Of a stretch of 43,966 nt of DNA, positions 1-14,447 are shown piece by piece; the stretch's first letter is position 1; the number at the start of each line of letters is the position of its first letter. A program made the translations under genes and the position numbers. Source of the DNA: Hyphomicrobiales bacterium (GTDB taxonomy: Bacteria; Pseudomonadota; Alphaproteobacteria; Rhizobiales; Aestuariivirgaceae). Location: assembly GCA_043760745.1 (NCBI GenBank), contig JAYUOP010000293.1, positions 1 through 43,966 on the forward strand. The letters are read 5' to 3'. Under the pieces are notes generated by a model. It had not been told where the DNA came from. It saw only the letters and a program-made list of their open reading frames with translations, and searched no databases.

Positions 1-2235
1 TCGTTGGAATTTCTAATCGGTCGCCTGTTGCGCGATGCAGCAACCAATCTTGGATTATTTGATAATCTGAAACTAGCGCTCCATGACCTTGGCGTTGACG
101 CTGATCTCGTCACAGTTTTGGAACCAGATGCAGCACTTGGTAACGGCGGCCTTGGGCGGCTTGCGGCCTGCTTTATGGAAAGCATGGCGAGTGTCGGTAT
201 TCCGGGACTGGGCTATGGTATTCGCTATCGGCATGGTTTGTTCCGGCAGAAAATTATCGACGGCGTTCAAATGGAGCTTCCAGAAACCTGGTTGGCGCAC
301 GGTAATCCATGGGAATTCGAGCGGCGCGAACGATCATATGAAATTGGCTTTGGTGGCCATGTAGAAGCGGGAACCAGTGCGAGCGGTGAGCCGACGCATG
401 TTTGGAAACCCGGTGAACGCATGTTAGCTGTGGCTTTTGATACACCTATTTGCGGCTGGCAGGGAAAGCGGGTAAATACTTTGCGGCTGTGGAATGCACT
501 GCCGATAGATCCAATCAAGCTTGACCAGTTTAACAGTGGCGACCACATCGGTGCGCAATCCGAAGAAGCGCGGGCGGAAAGCATTACGCGGGTTCTCTAT
601 CCATCCGATGCAACGCCCGCCGGGCAAGAACTTCGTTTGCGGCAAGAATACTTTTTTACGTCAGCATCTTTGCAGGATTTAATGCGGCGGCATTTGCTGC
701 AGCAACCTTCGATCAACAATCTGGCTGACAAAGCTTCAGTACAGATGAACGATAGCCACCCGGCAATTGCGGTGGCTGAGCTGATGCGTTTGCTGGTGGA
801 TGATCATAAAGTTCTGTGGGACGAGGCTTGGACGATCACTAAAGCGACCTTGTCCTACACAAATCACACCCTGCTTCCAGAAGCACTCGAAACGTGGCCG
901 GTGCATTTGATGGAGCGACTTTTGCCGCGCCACATGCAGATTATTTATGTGATCAATGCCGGAATTATTGCAGAAGCCCATGCCAAGAAAATGGTAGACT
1001 TTGACTTCCTCGGTGCGATTTCTTTGATTGATGAGCATAATGGTCGAAAAGTTCGGATGGGGAACTTGGCTTTTGTTGGAGCGCATAGCATAAACGGCGT
1101 CTCAGCGTTGCACTCAGATTTGATGACAAAGACAGTATTTAAATCTTTGCACACGCTTTATCCTAACCGGATCAATAACAAGACCAATGGCATTACGCCA
1201 AGACGCTGGTTGCAGCAGGTTAATCCGGGTCTCACATCTCTGATTACTGAAGCGATTGGTCCGGCATTTTTAGATGATTCCGCACTTCTTCACGATCTTG
1301 ATCCGTGCGCAAAAGACGCATCTTTCCGCGAAAAATTTGCAAAAATTAAACGTGCGAACAAGATCAAGCTTGCGCAGATGGTGCGTGATCGTACTGGCAT
1401 TGTTATTGATCCCTCAGCGCTCTTCGACGTGCAAATTAAACGGATCCATGAATACAAGCGGCAACTCTTGGCTATTTTGGAAACTATTGCACTGTACAAT
1501 AATATTCGCGCGAACCCCGGCCGGATCACTGTGCCGCGGGTTAAGCTTTTTGCTGGCAAAGCGGCCGCGTCTTATTGGGAAGCCAAATCCATTATTCGGT
1601 TGATCAATGATGTGGGCAATGTGATCAACGCTGATCCAGCGGTGCGTGGTTTGCTCAAGGTTGTTTTCGTGCCAAATTATAATGTGAGTGTGGCGGAATT
1701 GATTGTTCCGGCAGCTGATATTTCAGAACAGATTTCAACCGCCGGGATGGAAGCATCCGGCACCGGGAATATGAAATTGGCGCTGAACGGAGCGCTGACG
1801 GTGGGCACTCTTGATGGGGCCAATGTGGAAATTTCTGAGCAAGTTGGTTTGGACAACATATTTATATTTGGTCTCACAGCGGCAGAGGTTGCAGAACGTC
1901 GGACCGCGGGTCACAATCCGCGCATTCTTGTTGAACAAACACCACACTTGAAACAAGTGGTCGACCAAGTCATGTCTGGAGTGTTCTCGCCAAATGAACC
2001 GCAGCGCTACCATGATTTGATGAATAATTTGATTAACCATGACCATTATTTAATAACCGCTGACTTTGCCGCATACTCTGCGGCTTTGAAGAAAGCTGAT
2101 ACGGTTTGGCAAGACCAAACCAAATGGCAAACGATGGCGGTGCACAATACTGCGCGCATGGGCTGGTTTTCATCAGACCGCACGATCAAGGAATATGCGC
2201 GTGAAATTTGGACACTTCCCAATCTGATAAATTAG
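1..2235 (+). CDS. glgP: Glycogen/starch phosphorylase (5'-truncated by window edge)
   Basis: Frame is open from base 1 (SLEFLIGR). Motifs LGNGGLGRLAACF, YTNHTLLPEALE, KRIHEYKRQ and PLP site EASGTGNMK. First gene of the glg operon. Confidence 0.97.
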   Translation, partial: SLEFLIGRLLRDAATNLGLFDNLKLALHDLGVDADLVTVLEPDAALGNGGLGRLAACFMESMASVGIPGLGYGIRYRHGLFRQKIIDGVQMELPETWLAHGNPWEFERRERSYEIGFGGHVEAGTSASGEPTHVWKPGERMLAVAFDTPICGWQGKRVNTLRLWNALPIDPIKLDQFNSGDHIGAQSEEARAESITRVLYPSDATPAGQELRLRQEYFFTSASLQDLMRRHLLQQPSINNLADKASVQMNDSHPAIAVAELMRLLVDDHKVLWDEAWTITKATLSYTNHTLLPEALETWPVHLMERLLPRHMQIIYVINAGIIAEAHAKKMVDFDFLGAISLIDEHNGRKVRMGNLAFVGAHSINGVSALHSDLMTKTVFKSLHTLYPNRINNKTNGITPRRWLQQVNPGLTSLITEAIGPAFLDDSALLHDLDPCAKDASFREKFAKIKRANKIKLAQMVRDRTGIVIDPSALFDVQIKRIHEYKRQLLAILETIALYNNIRANPGRITVPRVKLFAGKAAASYWEAKSIIRLINDVGNVINADPAVRGLLKVVFVPNYNVSVAELIVPAADISEQISTAGMEASGTGNMKLALNGALTVGTLDGANVEISEQVGLDNIFIFGLTAAEVAERRTAGHNPRILVEQTPHLKQVVDQVMSGVFSPNEPQRYHDLMNNLINHDHYLITADFAAYSAALKKADTVWQDQTKWQTMAVHNTARMGWFSSDRTIKEYAREIWTLPNLIN

Positions 2236-2291
2236 GTGTTGCAGAAACAGAGTGTTGCGCCCCATAGTCTAGAAACTGTGGAGTGGTGAAA

Positions 2292-4481
2292 ATGACCAAT
2301 AGCTTGCTAAGCAACGAAACAATTGATGCAATTGTTGCTGGCCGCCACAGTGATGTGTTTGCCCATTTGGGCTTACACAAGCATGGCACGGCCTTTATCG
2401 CACGGGCGTTTGTTCCGGGTGCAACAAAACTTGTTGCACAAAATGCTAAGGGCAAAGTCTTGGGCGAAATGCGATTGTTGCACGAGGATGGTCTATTTGC
2501 AGCAACTCTTGATGTTAAGTCATCAACCAAGCTGACATTTCAGGCCAGTAATGCGGATGGTTCTTGGTCAATCAATGATCCTTATTGCTTTGGTCCCGTG
2601 CTCGGTCCCGGTGACGATTACTATCTTTCCGAAGGCACGCATCTCCAGCTTCATGAAAAAATGGGTGCGCATCTTATGACCCATGAAGGCACTGAGGGTG
2701 TGCATTTTGCGGTCTGGGCGCCGAATGCGCGCCGGGTAGCTGTCATCGGCACATTCAATCATTGGGATGGCCGGGTGCATGTTATGCGCAAGCGCTTGGG
2801 TACCGGAGTTTGGGAAATTTTTATTCCGGGCCTTGCTGAGAACACGCTGTACAAATTTGAACTTTTAGATCACGGCGGCAAAACGGTAACCCGCAAAGCT
2901 GATCCCTTTGCATTTGCGGCAGAGCTTCGGCCCAATACTGCGTCCAAAATCTCCGACATCAACAGTTTCAAATGGACGGATGCGAAATATCTTAAGGGCC
3001 GAGCCAAGCGCGATCATCGCCGCCTGCCCATGAGCATATATGAAGTGCATTTGGGCTCGTGGAAACGCGGACCCGATAATCGGTTTTTGACCTATCATGA
3101 GCTCGCCGCTGATCTTATTCCATATGTGAAAGCCATGGCCTTCACCCATATCGAACTCTTACCAATTTCAGAACACCCATATGATCCGTCATGGGGATAT
3201 CAACCCACAGGGCTATATGCGCCAACGGCGCGATTTGGTGATCCTTCGGGCTTTGCGCATTTTGTTGATGTGGCGCATGCAGCAGGGATTGGGATTATTC
3301 TTGATTGGGTTCCTGCTCATTTTCCAACTGACGCTTTTGGTTTGGCCCGGTTCGATGGCACAGCGCTTTACGAACATGAAGATCCACGGCTTGGATTTCA
3401 TCCCGATTGGAATACCCTGATCTATAATTTCGGGCGTACTGAGGTGCAGAGTTTTCTGATCAACAATGCGCTGTTTTGGTTTGATAAATATCACATTGAT
3501 GGTTTGCGTGTCGATGCAGTTGCGTCGATGTTGTATTTGGATTATTCGCGCAAAGACGGCGAATGGTTGCCAAATAAAAATGGTGGCAATGAGAACCTGG
3601 AGGCAATCGCTTTCTTACGCCGCATGAACGAAGTCTGCTATGCGGCTCATCCCGGCATTATGACGATTGCGGAGGAATCAACGGCATTCCCCGGTGTTTC
3701 GCAGCCGACATCAGCTGGTGGTTTAGGTTTTGGTTTCAAATGGAATATGGGCTTCATGCACGATACTTTAGAGTATCTGTCGCGCGATCCCGTCCACCGC
3801 CGCCATCACCATAGCGAAATTACGTTTGGCCTGCTTTATGCCTTTTCTGAAAACTTTGTGCTGCCGCTGTCACATGATGAAGTGGTACATGGCAAAGGAT
3901 CGCTTCTTAAAAAAATGGGCGGCGATGAATGGGCCAAATTTGCAGGCCTTCGCGCTTATTATGGATTAATGTGGGCGCATCCCGGCAAGAAGCTTTTGTT
4001 TATGGGACAGGAGTTTGCGCCGTGGGATGAATGGACTGAAAAGCGCAGTTTGGATTGGCACCTGACAAATTTTGATCGTCATGGCGGCATGCAAAAACTC
4101 GTGAAAGATCTCAATCATGCGTATGCAGAATTAGGTGCACTACATGGCCGCGATTGCGAAGGCGAAGGATTTAACTGGTTGATCGGTGATGATCAGGAAA
4201 ACTCGGTTTTTGCTTGGGCACGATTTTCCGATGGGACAAATCCGGTCGTCATGATTTCTAATCTGACCCCGGTTTTGCGTGAGGGCTATTCTGTTCCGAT
4301 GCCAAAAGCTGGACTCTGGATCGAACGCATCAATACTGATGCCGAAATTTACGGCGGCACTGGCAAAGGCAATTCAGGCGTTGTGATTGCCGATCAAGCG
4401 GGAAGCAAAGGCCAACCTGCCTCCGCGATGATTACATTGCCGCCAATGGCTACTCTAATTTTAGAATATCAAAAACAATAA
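2292..4481 (+). CDS. glgB: 1,4-alpha-glucan branching enzyme
   Basis: [32 protein letters not shown] and [12 protein letters not shown]13_9 motifs. ATG at 2292 after GGAG chosen over GTG 2283. Confidence 0.97.
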   Translation: MTNSLLSNETIDAIVAGRHSDVFAHLGLHKHGTAFIARAFVPGATKLVAQNAKGKVLGEMRLLHEDGLFAATLDVKSSTKLTFQASNADGSWSINDPYCFGPVLGPGDDYYLSEGTHLQLHEKMGAHLMTHEGTEGVHFAVWAPNARRVAVIGTFNHWDGRVHVMRKRLGTGVWEIFIPGLAENTLYKFELLDHGGKTVTRKADPFAFAAELRPNTASKISDINSFKWTDAKYLKGRAKRDHRRLPMSIYEVHLGSWKRGPDNRFLTYHELAADLIPYVKAMAFTHIELLPISEHPYDPSWGYQPTGLYAPTARFGDPSGFAHFVDVAHAAGIGIILDWVPAHFPTDAFGLARFDGTALYEHEDPRLGFHPDWNTLIYNFGRTEVQSFLINNALFWFDKYHIDGLRVDAVASMLYLDYSRKDGEWLPNKNGGNENLEAIAFLRRMNEVCYAAHPGIMTIAEESTAFPGVSQPTSAGGLGFGFKWNMGFMHDTLEYLSRDPVHRRHHHSEITFGLLYAFSENFVLPLSHDEVVHGKGSLLKKMGGDEWAKFAGLRAYYGLMWAHPGKKLLFMGQEFAPWDEWTEKRSLDWHLTNFDRHGGMQKLVKDLNHAYAELGALHGRDCEGEGFNWLIGDDQENSVFAWARFSDGTNPVVMISNLTPVLREGYSVPMPKAGLWIERINTDAEIYGGTGKGNSGVVIADQAGSKGQPASAMITLPPMATLILEYQKQ

Positions 4482-4500
4482 CCGAAAAGGGGAGATAAAA

Positions 4501-5759
4501 ATGGGAAGCAAAAGAACAGCACCACTGGCCCGCGATGCAATGGCTTATGTTTTGGCGGGCGGGCGAGGCAGTCGCTTAATGGAGTTGACGGATCGCCGGG
4601 CTAAGCCTGCCGTCTATTTCGGTGGTAAGTCGCGGATCATCGACTTTGCATTGTCTAATGCTTTGAACTCCGGCATCCGCCGCTTTGGGGTGGCCACACA
4701 ATATAAAGCCCATTCTCTTATTAGGCATTTGCAGCGCGGCTGGAACTTCTTGCGGCCGGAGCGCAACGAGAGCTTTGATATTTTACCGGCCAGCCAGCGT
4801 GTTTCAGAAGATCAATGGTATAACGGGACTGCGGATGCGGTGCATCAAAATGCCGATATTATAGAAACCTACAATACAAAATACATGGTCATTCTGGCTG
4901 GCGATCACATTTATAAAATGGACTATGAGCAGATGCTGCAACAGCATGTGGATCAAGGTGCTGATGTTACAGTCGGTTGCTTAGAAGTGCCGCGCATGGA
5001 GGCAACCGGATTTGGTGTTATGCATGTAGATGCGAAAGACCAGATCGTGGCTTTTGTTGAAAAACCAAAAGACCCGCCGGGTATTCCAGGCAACCCTGAC
5101 ATGGCATTGGCTTCAATGGGAATTTATGTTTTCAACACCGACTATTTACTCAAGCTTTTGGCTGAAGATGCGGCAAACAAATCTTCATCGCATGACTTTG
5201 GCAAAGACATTATTCCTTATGTGGTTTCGCATGGCAAAGCAGTGGCGCATCGCTTTGCGCAGTCTTGTGTTAAATCTTCCAAAGAAGCGACGGCTTATTG
5301 GCGCGACGTAGGAACGGTTGATGCGTATTGGGAAGCAAACCTCGATCTCTGCGATGTTGTGCCATCACTTGATCTTTATGATCATGAGTGGCCGATTTGG
5401 ACTTATGGCGAAGTAACGCCACCAGCCAAGTTCGTTCATGATGAAGACGGCAGACGGGGATCAGCGGTATCTTCATTAGTGTCCGGCGGTTGTATTGTTT
5501 CAGGCGCATCTTTGAAAAAGTCCCTGCTGTTTACTGGTGTTCGGTTGAATTCGTTTTCTACTATCGAGGAAGCGGTCATTATGCCTTATGTTGAAGTTGG
5601 GCGGAATGCGATTTTGAAAAAAGTGGTTATCGATCGCGGTGTTATTATTCCTGATGGTCTCGTTGTTGGCGAAGATCCGGTTCTTGACGCGTCACGATTC
5701 CGGCGTACGGAAAGCGGGATTTGTCTCATTACAGCACCGATGATTGCAAAGCTTTCCGC

Positions 5760-5763
<4 letters not shown>
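4501..5763 (+). CDS. glgC: Glucose-1-phosphate adenylyltransferase (ADP-glucose pyrophosphorylase)
   Basis: [31 protein letters not shown] motifs. SD GGGGAG upstream. Confidence 0.98.
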
Positions 5764-8818
<3,055 letters not shown>

Positions 8819-8820
8819 CT

Positions 8821-11800
8821 ATGTCGAAGAGTGTATTGACGATCAGCAATGGCTTGTCCCATCCCCTTGGCGTGACTTTGCGGGATGGCGGCATCAATGT
8901 TGCTGTGGCGAGCAGAAGTGCTTCGACGATCAGTATTTCTTTGTTTGATGGCGAGATTGAAACTGCAAGGTTTGCTTTGCCAGCACAAAGCGGCGATGTA
9001 TTCCATGGGTTTGTAAGCGGCGTTGAGGCCGGGCAGCATTATGGATTGCGGGCGTCAGGAGATGGCCCGCATTTTGATGATCGGAAATTGTTGCTCGACC
9101 CTTATGCAACAGAAATTTCACACGCGTTTTCATGGGCAGATGATTTAGTTGTAGTTGGCCTAGACTCAGCACCACTTGTGCCAAAAGCTGTTGTTCGGCC
9201 AACTGCGGTTTCCTTGCCCAAGCGCTTGGCAAAACCATTCGGCATTATCTACGAAGTATCGGTCAAGGCGTTAACCGCATTGCACCCTGATGTGCCCGAT
9301 GCTCAGCGTGGCACTATTGCAGCAATGCGGCATCCATCAGTCATTTCACATTTCAAAAAACTTGGCGTTGATACGATTGAGTTCATGCCAATCATGGCTT
9401 GGATTGATGAGCGGCATTTGGCGCGCAATGGGATAAGCAATGCTTGGGGCTATAATTCAGTTTCGTTTTTTGCGCCCGATCCACGGCTGGCGCCGGGTGG
9501 AGTTTTAGAAGTTCGTGAAACCATTGACGCGCTGCATGAGGCGGGATTTCAGGTCCTCCTCGATGTGGTGTTTAACCATTCTGGCGAGAGTGATCTTGGT
9601 GGTGCCACACTTAGTTTCCGTGGCCTCGACAATGCTTCGTACTATGCGCTGAAGGACGGCGAACTGATTAATGATACGGGGTGCGGCAACACATTAGCGC
9701 TGCAAAATCCAATCGCCTTGCGTTTGGTTATGGATGCGCTGCGCTATTGGGCTGAAGTCGCTGGTTTTGATGGTTTTCGTTATGATCTGGCACCCGTCTT
9801 GGGCCGCACTGAAACCGGTTTTTTGCAAACCGCGCCGTTGATGCAGGCGATTGCGCAAGACCCGATTTTACGCGATCTTATTCATATTGCTGAGCCTTGG
9901 GATATTGGTCCAGGCGGCTATCAGTTGGGAAATTTTCCAGCGGCTTGGGGCGAGTGGAATGATAGATACCGCGATGATGTTCGCCATTTTTGGCGCGGTG
10001 ACGCTGGCGCGCAAGGTAACTTTGCCACACGTCTTGCGGGGTCAGCTGATATCTTTAGATCTAACAATCGGAAGCCTTCGGTTAGTGTAAATTTTGTGTC
10101 CGCCCATGATGGATTTGCGTTGGAAGATGTGGTGCAGTTTTCGACCAAAAACAATTTTGCCAATGGTGAAGGCAACCGTGACGGCAATGGTTCTGAAGCG
10201 AGCTGGGTAAGCGATGATCCTGAGCGCGATGTGAAAGCACTTCTCGCTACGCTATTTCTTTCACGCGGCACACCGATGCTTACGGCCGGGGATGAGTTTG
10301 GGCGCAGTCAAAATGGCAATAACAATGCTTATGCGCAAGATAATGAAACCACTTGGCTGAACTGGGTTTCGGCAGATCAAGACCGCCTTAATTATACCGC
10401 AGCCTTGATCCGTTTTAGGAAAACATACGCCGCTTATTTTGCAGATAGTTTTTTTGAAGGTGTGGCGCGATTAGATGACCTGTGGCCGGATGCAACTTGG
10501 TTTTCCGGAAGTGGAAATCCTCTGCAGGAAGTTGATTGGCGTCAGAGTGACTTAACAGTTATCGCTTTGGCAATTTTGCCAGAAAGCTTAACAATCCGTA
10601 TGCTGATGGTTTTTAATCGCGGGCTTGATGCGGCTGAGACTTTATTGCCTACGCCGCAGGATGGCATGGTGTGGGTTTTTGCTGATGCAGTTTTTGAGAC
10701 TAGCAATACATTGACGAAACATAGACTACGAATCGCCAATCGCAGTGTGTGTTGTTTGATAGAAAAAGCTTCAACGAAGGGTAAGACTGTCAAAGCGGAT
10801 GATGCGCTGATAAGTAATCTCGCAGCGGCAGCTGGAATTCAGAAAGATTGGTGGGAAGTGAATGGCTCCCATCACCAAGTGTCACCGGAAAGCTTGCGTT
10901 CTCTATTGACGGCAATGAACTTGCCGACGGGCAATGCGCGCGAAGTAAAAAATGCACGTGATCAGTTGCAGCTTGTTTCAAATTTTCGGCGTTGCATCGC
11001 GGATCGCGCTGGGAAACTGAAGATTGCGGGGGACCCGTTTCGCGCTGAACTGGTGTTGTGTCTTGAAAATGGCGAACGCTTAAAAATTCTGAAAAATGCG
11101 GGCGCTGCCGACATTAGTTTACCCGCTCTTCCAATGGGCATGCATGTTTTACGGGATGAAAGCGGCGCTGTAGTGCTTCAAATTTTGGCACATCCAGCAC
11201 AGTGTTTTCTGCCGGATGATTTGCGCGGTGGCATTCGCAAATTTGGAGTGGGCACTCATCTCTATGCGCTGCGGGACCAACAAGACTGGGGTATTGGTGA
11301 CTTTCAAACCTTGGGGCATTTTGCAGAAGTCATCGCACGAAATGGTGGTTCGTTTGCTGGTATCAATCCTCTACATCATATGTTCACGAAAGACCGGGAA
11401 CGAGCAAGTCCTTACCAACCATCCGACCGCCGCTTTCTCGATCCGATTTACATCAGTATGGATGAAGCCTGCTTATCGTCAGAATTAGACGCTCTGCGCA
11501 AACTTTCGCATGTCGATTATTCAGGCGTTTGGGCCAACAAAGAAAAAGCACTGCGGAAACAATTCACCTCTAAACGCACTAGTAGAGACGAGAAATCATT
11601 ACGCGATTTTATTTCTGTTGGTGGCAAAGCACTTCAGCAGCATGGCGCATTTGAAAGTGACGCAGATTTTGCAATCTGGTTGCAATGGTTGGCGGATAAG
11701 CAATTGGGAGAAGCTGCAACGCGCGCCAAGTCTGCCGGTCTTGCCCATGGTATTTATCGCGATTTGGCATTGGGTTGTGCTTATGAAGGTGGGGAGTTGG

Positions 11801-12594
11801 CAAGTGATCCTGATCTCTTTGCCGACAGTGTATCCATTGGTTCGCCGCCTGATCCGTTTTCAGCAACTGGGCAAGTGTGGAATTTGCCGCCGCATAATCC
11901 TGTTGAATTACGAACCCGGAATTTTACGCCGTTCCGGGAAATTTTGAGTGCGAATATGCGGCATGCAGGCATGTTGCGGATTGACCATGTGTTGGGATTG
12001 GCGCGGCAGTTCTGGGTGCCGCTCGGCGCATCCGGCGCCGAAGGGGCTTATGTTACCATGCCGATGGATGACTTGATGGCGATTGTGGCGCTGGAAAGCA
12101 ATCTTAACAAGTGCATTATTATTGGCGAAGATTTGGGAACTGTTCCTGATGGCTTGCGGCGGAAAATGTCTGAGATGCAGATATTGTCCTATAAAATGCT
12201 GTGGTTCGAGCGCGAAGGTGATGGTTTCGCCAAGCCTACGACATATCCACAATCAGCTTTGACTTGCCTTTCGTCGCACGACCTGAAACCATTTCGTGGT
12301 TGGGAAATCGATGCTGCGAAGCTGGAAAAAAATGCCTTGCGCACAGTGGTTGGAGATAATCCCGATCTTATGGTTGCCGCCCATCAAACACTTGCTCATG
12401 CGCCGTCTATGTTTTTGCAAATTCAGGCGGATGATTTGGCGGAGGAGATTGCGCCGCTTAATGTTCCGGGCACTGACAAGGAATACCCAAACTGGCGACG
12501 ACGCATTAAAATTCCAGTACAAGGGCTTTTTGACAGTGCCCCAGCGCAAGCTGTAACATCTGCTGTGAAATCAACGCAAAGTGAAAAATCTTGA
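8821..12594 (+). CDS. glgX: Fused glycogen debranching enzyme GlgX (GH13_11, N-terminal ~650 aa) + 4-alpha-glucanotransferase MalQ (GH77, C-terminal ~600 aa)
   Basis: GlgX motifs WGYN, DVVFNH, GFRYDLA, AEPWD, HDGF, NNNAYAQDN. MalQ motifs GIGDF, SPYQPS, YRDLALG, GSPPDPFS, LRIDHVLG, IGEDLG, SHDL, NVPGT..YPNWRR. All in one uninterrupted 1257-aa ORF. Confidence 0.92.
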   Translation: MSKSVLTISNGLSHPLGVTLRDGGINVAVASRSASTISISLFDGEIETARFALPAQSGDVFHGFVSGVEAGQHYGLRASGDGPHFDDRKLLLDPYATEISHAFSWADDLVVVGLDSAPLVPKAVVRPTAVSLPKRLAKPFGIIYEVSVKALTALHPDVPDAQRGTIAAMRHPSVISHFKKLGVDTIEFMPIMAWIDERHLARNGISNAWGYNSVSFFAPDPRLAPGGVLEVRETIDALHEAGFQVLLDVVFNHSGESDLGGATLSFRGLDNASYYALKDGELINDTGCGNTLALQNPIALRLVMDALRYWAEVAGFDGFRYDLAPVLGRTETGFLQTAPLMQAIAQDPILRDLIHIAEPWDIGPGGYQLGNFPAAWGEWNDRYRDDVRHFWRGDAGAQGNFATRLAGSADIFRSNNRKPSVSVNFVSAHDGFALEDVVQFSTKNNFANGEGNRDGNGSEASWVSDDPERDVKALLATLFLSRGTPMLTAGDEFGRSQNGNNNAYAQDNETTWLNWVSADQDRLNYTAALIRFRKTYAAYFADSFFEGVARLDDLWPDATWFSGSGNPLQEVDWRQSDLTVIALAILPESLTIRMLMVFNRGLDAAETLLPTPQDGMVWVFADAVFETSNTLTKHRLRIANRSVCCLIEKASTKGKTVKADDALISNLAAAAGIQKDWWEVNGSHHQVSPESLRSLLTAMNLPTGNAREVKNARDQLQLVSNFRRCIADRAGKLKIAGDPFRAELVLCLENGERLKILKNAGAADISLPALPMGMHVLRDESGAVVLQILAHPAQCFLPDDLRGGIRKFGVGTHLYALRDQQDWGIGDFQTLGHFAEVIARNGGSFAGINPLHHMFTKDRERASPYQPSDRRFLDPIYISMDEACLSSELDALRKLSHVDYSGVWANKEKALRKQFTSKRTSRDEKSLRDFISVGGKALQQHGAFESDADFAIWLQWLADKQLGEAATRAKSAGLAHGIYRDLALGCAYEGGELASDPDLFADSVSIGSPPDPFSATGQVWNLPPHNPVELRTRNFTPFREILSANMRHAGMLRIDHVLGLARQFWVPLGASGAEGAYVTMPMDDLMAIVALESNLNKCIIIGEDLGTVPDGLRRKMSEMQILSYKMLWFEREGDGFAKPTTYPQSALTCLSSHDLKPFRGWEIDAAKLEKNALRTVVGDNPDLMVAAHQTLAHAPSMFLQIQADDLAEEIAPLNVPGTDKEYPNWRRRIKIPVQGLFDSAPAQAVTSAVKSTQSEKS

Positions 12595-13163
12595 ACATCA
12601 AAATTTTGAAAGCGGAAGTTGTGGCCCGCGTTTGGTCTACGGTTTCGAAGATCACCATTGAGCAAACCAGACGCGACGGCACAAAGGAAGTCTTAGAGCG
12701 CGAGGTTGTAGACCATGGGTTTGCCGCTGCAATACTTCCCGTCGATCCCACGCGCGGCACTTGTCTTTTAGTACGACAAATGCGGATGGCAGCTTTTATG
12801 GCGGGCCACCCAAAACCAATGCTTGAAGTTTGTGCAGGGCTTTTGGATCGCGATAAGCCAGAGGTCTGCGCCAAGCGCGAGGCGATGGAGGAATTGGGCT
12901 ATCATGTGCATAATCTGCAGTTTGTAACTGATGCCTTTGTGAGCCCCGGATCACATACGGAAAAAGTGGCGATGTTTGTGGCCACATATCGTGCTGCCGA
13001 CAAAGTCAACGAAGGTGGCGGTGTGCTGCATGAAGGCGAAGATATCGATGTGATCGAGATGCCATTGGTCGAGGCTTATAAATTAATTGCCAGTGGTGAA
13101 ATTCTGGACGCAAAGACCATTATCTTGTTGCAACACGCGATGCTTCACCCGTTCACAGCCTGA
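12591..13163 (+). CDS. nudK: NUDIX hydrolase, NudK/YffH-like nucleoside-diphosphate-sugar pyrophosphatase
   Basis: Nudix box GLLDRDKPEVCAKREAMEELGY, plus SPG, EGEDI and DAKTIILLQ, typical of NudK. TTG start overlaps the glgX-malQ stop. Confidence 0.75.
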   Translation: MNIKILKAEVVARVWSTVSKITIEQTRRDGTKEVLEREVVDHGFAAAILPVDPTRGTCLLVRQMRMAAFMAGHPKPMLEVCAGLLDRDKPEVCAKREAMEELGYHVHNLQFVTDAFVSPGSHTEKVAMFVATYRAADKVNEGGGVLHEGEDIDVIEMPLVEAYKLIASGEILDAKTIILLQHAMLHPFTA

Positions 13164-13244
13164 TCACGAGAAACTGAACATCTGCGACTTGTATTAATTG
13201 CGTATTCACATAAACACCTCGCAAAGAAATTTAAGGATGTTGAT

Positions 13245-14447
13245 ATGAATATTACGCGCCGCACCGCACTTTCTTTATCGCTTGGTACAGCCTTTTTGGC
13301 ATTCGGAGCCCAACGCTCTTTTGCATCTAATTGGGATGAATTGTTGAATACTGCAAAAGGACAGACTGTCTACTTTAATGCTTGGGCGGGGTCCGATACA
13401 ATCAACGCCTACATCGCTTGGGCTGCTTCCGAAATGAAAAGCCGCTTTGGGGTTTCGGTTGAACATGTAAAAATTACCGATACAGCTGAAGTTGTTCGCC
13501 GGGTGCGCGATGAAGTTGCAGCGGGTAAGGCCGATGGTTCAGTTGATATGGTCTGGATCAATGGTGAAAATTTCCGCGCCATGAAAGCAGATAAATTATT
13601 GTTTGGCCCTTTTGCCAATGACTTACCAAATTTTGCTTTTGTCGATGTTGAAGGAAAGCCAACCACAACACAGGATTTTAGCGAAGCCGTTGAGGGTTTA
13701 GAAGCGCCATGGGGCATGGCGCAGCTCACGTTTTTTGGCGATGGCGCAAAAATTTCTACGCCGCCATTGACCATCAAAGAGTTGACTGATTTTGCTGCTA
13801 AGAACCCTGGTCGCGTTTCTTATCCTGCACCACCTGATTTTCATGGAACGACATTTTTGAAACAAGTGTTGTTTGAATCTGTTCAAGATGCCGGTGTGTT
13901 CGGCCAGCCCGGCGATGCTGCCGCTTTTGCAAAATATGAAGACCTGTGGGCCGCCTCACTCGACGAATTGCACAAAGTGAGTTGGCGCGAAGGAAAGCAG
14001 TTTCCGAAGTCACAAGCGGACGTGACCAATATGGTAGCCGATGGCGAACTCGCAATCGGAATTACATTCAATCCAAATGAACCGGCAAATCTGGTAGCTG
14101 CCGGCCGCATGCCAGCTTCCACACTTGCTTGGCAGCATCGCAACGGCACCATCGGCAACACACATTTTGTAGCGATACCAATTAACGCAAATGCGAAAGC
14201 TGGCGCTCAGGTGTTGGCAAACTTTTTGATGTCGCCGGAAGCACAAGCCAAAAAAAATGACCTCAAAACCTGGGGTGATCCAACGGTGTTGGCGATTTCA
14301 AAATTGTCGACAGCAGATGCGGCATTGTTTACGGCTTCAGCAGCGCCGGGAAGTGTTTCACTTCCGGGGCCTGCATTGCTTGAGCCACACGCGTCATGGG
14401 TTGGCTTATTGGAAGCGGCATGGTTGAAACGCTACGGCCAAGGCTGA
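13245..14447 (+). CDS. ynjB: ABC transporter substrate-binding protein, YnjB-like, with Tat-type signal peptide
   Basis: N-terminal TRRTAL twin-Arg and hydrophobic segment. GQTVYFNAW, WINGENF, PPDFHGTTFLKQ and GNTHFVAIP match the YnjB family. Confidence 0.8.
   Translation: MNITRRTALSLSLGTAFLAFGAQRSFASNWDELLNTAKGQTVYFNAWAGSDTINAYIAWAASEMKSRFGVSVEHVKITDTAEVVRRVRDEVAAGKADGSVDMVWINGENFRAMKADKLLFGPFANDLPNFAFVDVEGKPTTTQDFSEAVEGLEAPWGMAQLTFFGDGAKISTPPLTIKELTDFAAKNPGRVSYPAPPDFHGTTFLKQVLFESVQDAGVFGQPGDAAAFAKYEDLWAASLDELHKVSWREGKQFPKSQADVTNMVADGELAIGITFNPNEPANLVAAGRMPASTLAWQHRNGTIGNTHFVAIPINANAKAGAQVLANFLMSPEAQAKKNDLKTWGDPTVLAISKLSTADAALFTASAAPGSVSLPGPALLEPHASWVGLLEAAWLKRYGQG

Noticed and set aside
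2236-2258. GTGTTGC direct repeat between glgP and glgB
   Set aside because: Only 7 bp and two copies, compatible with chance.
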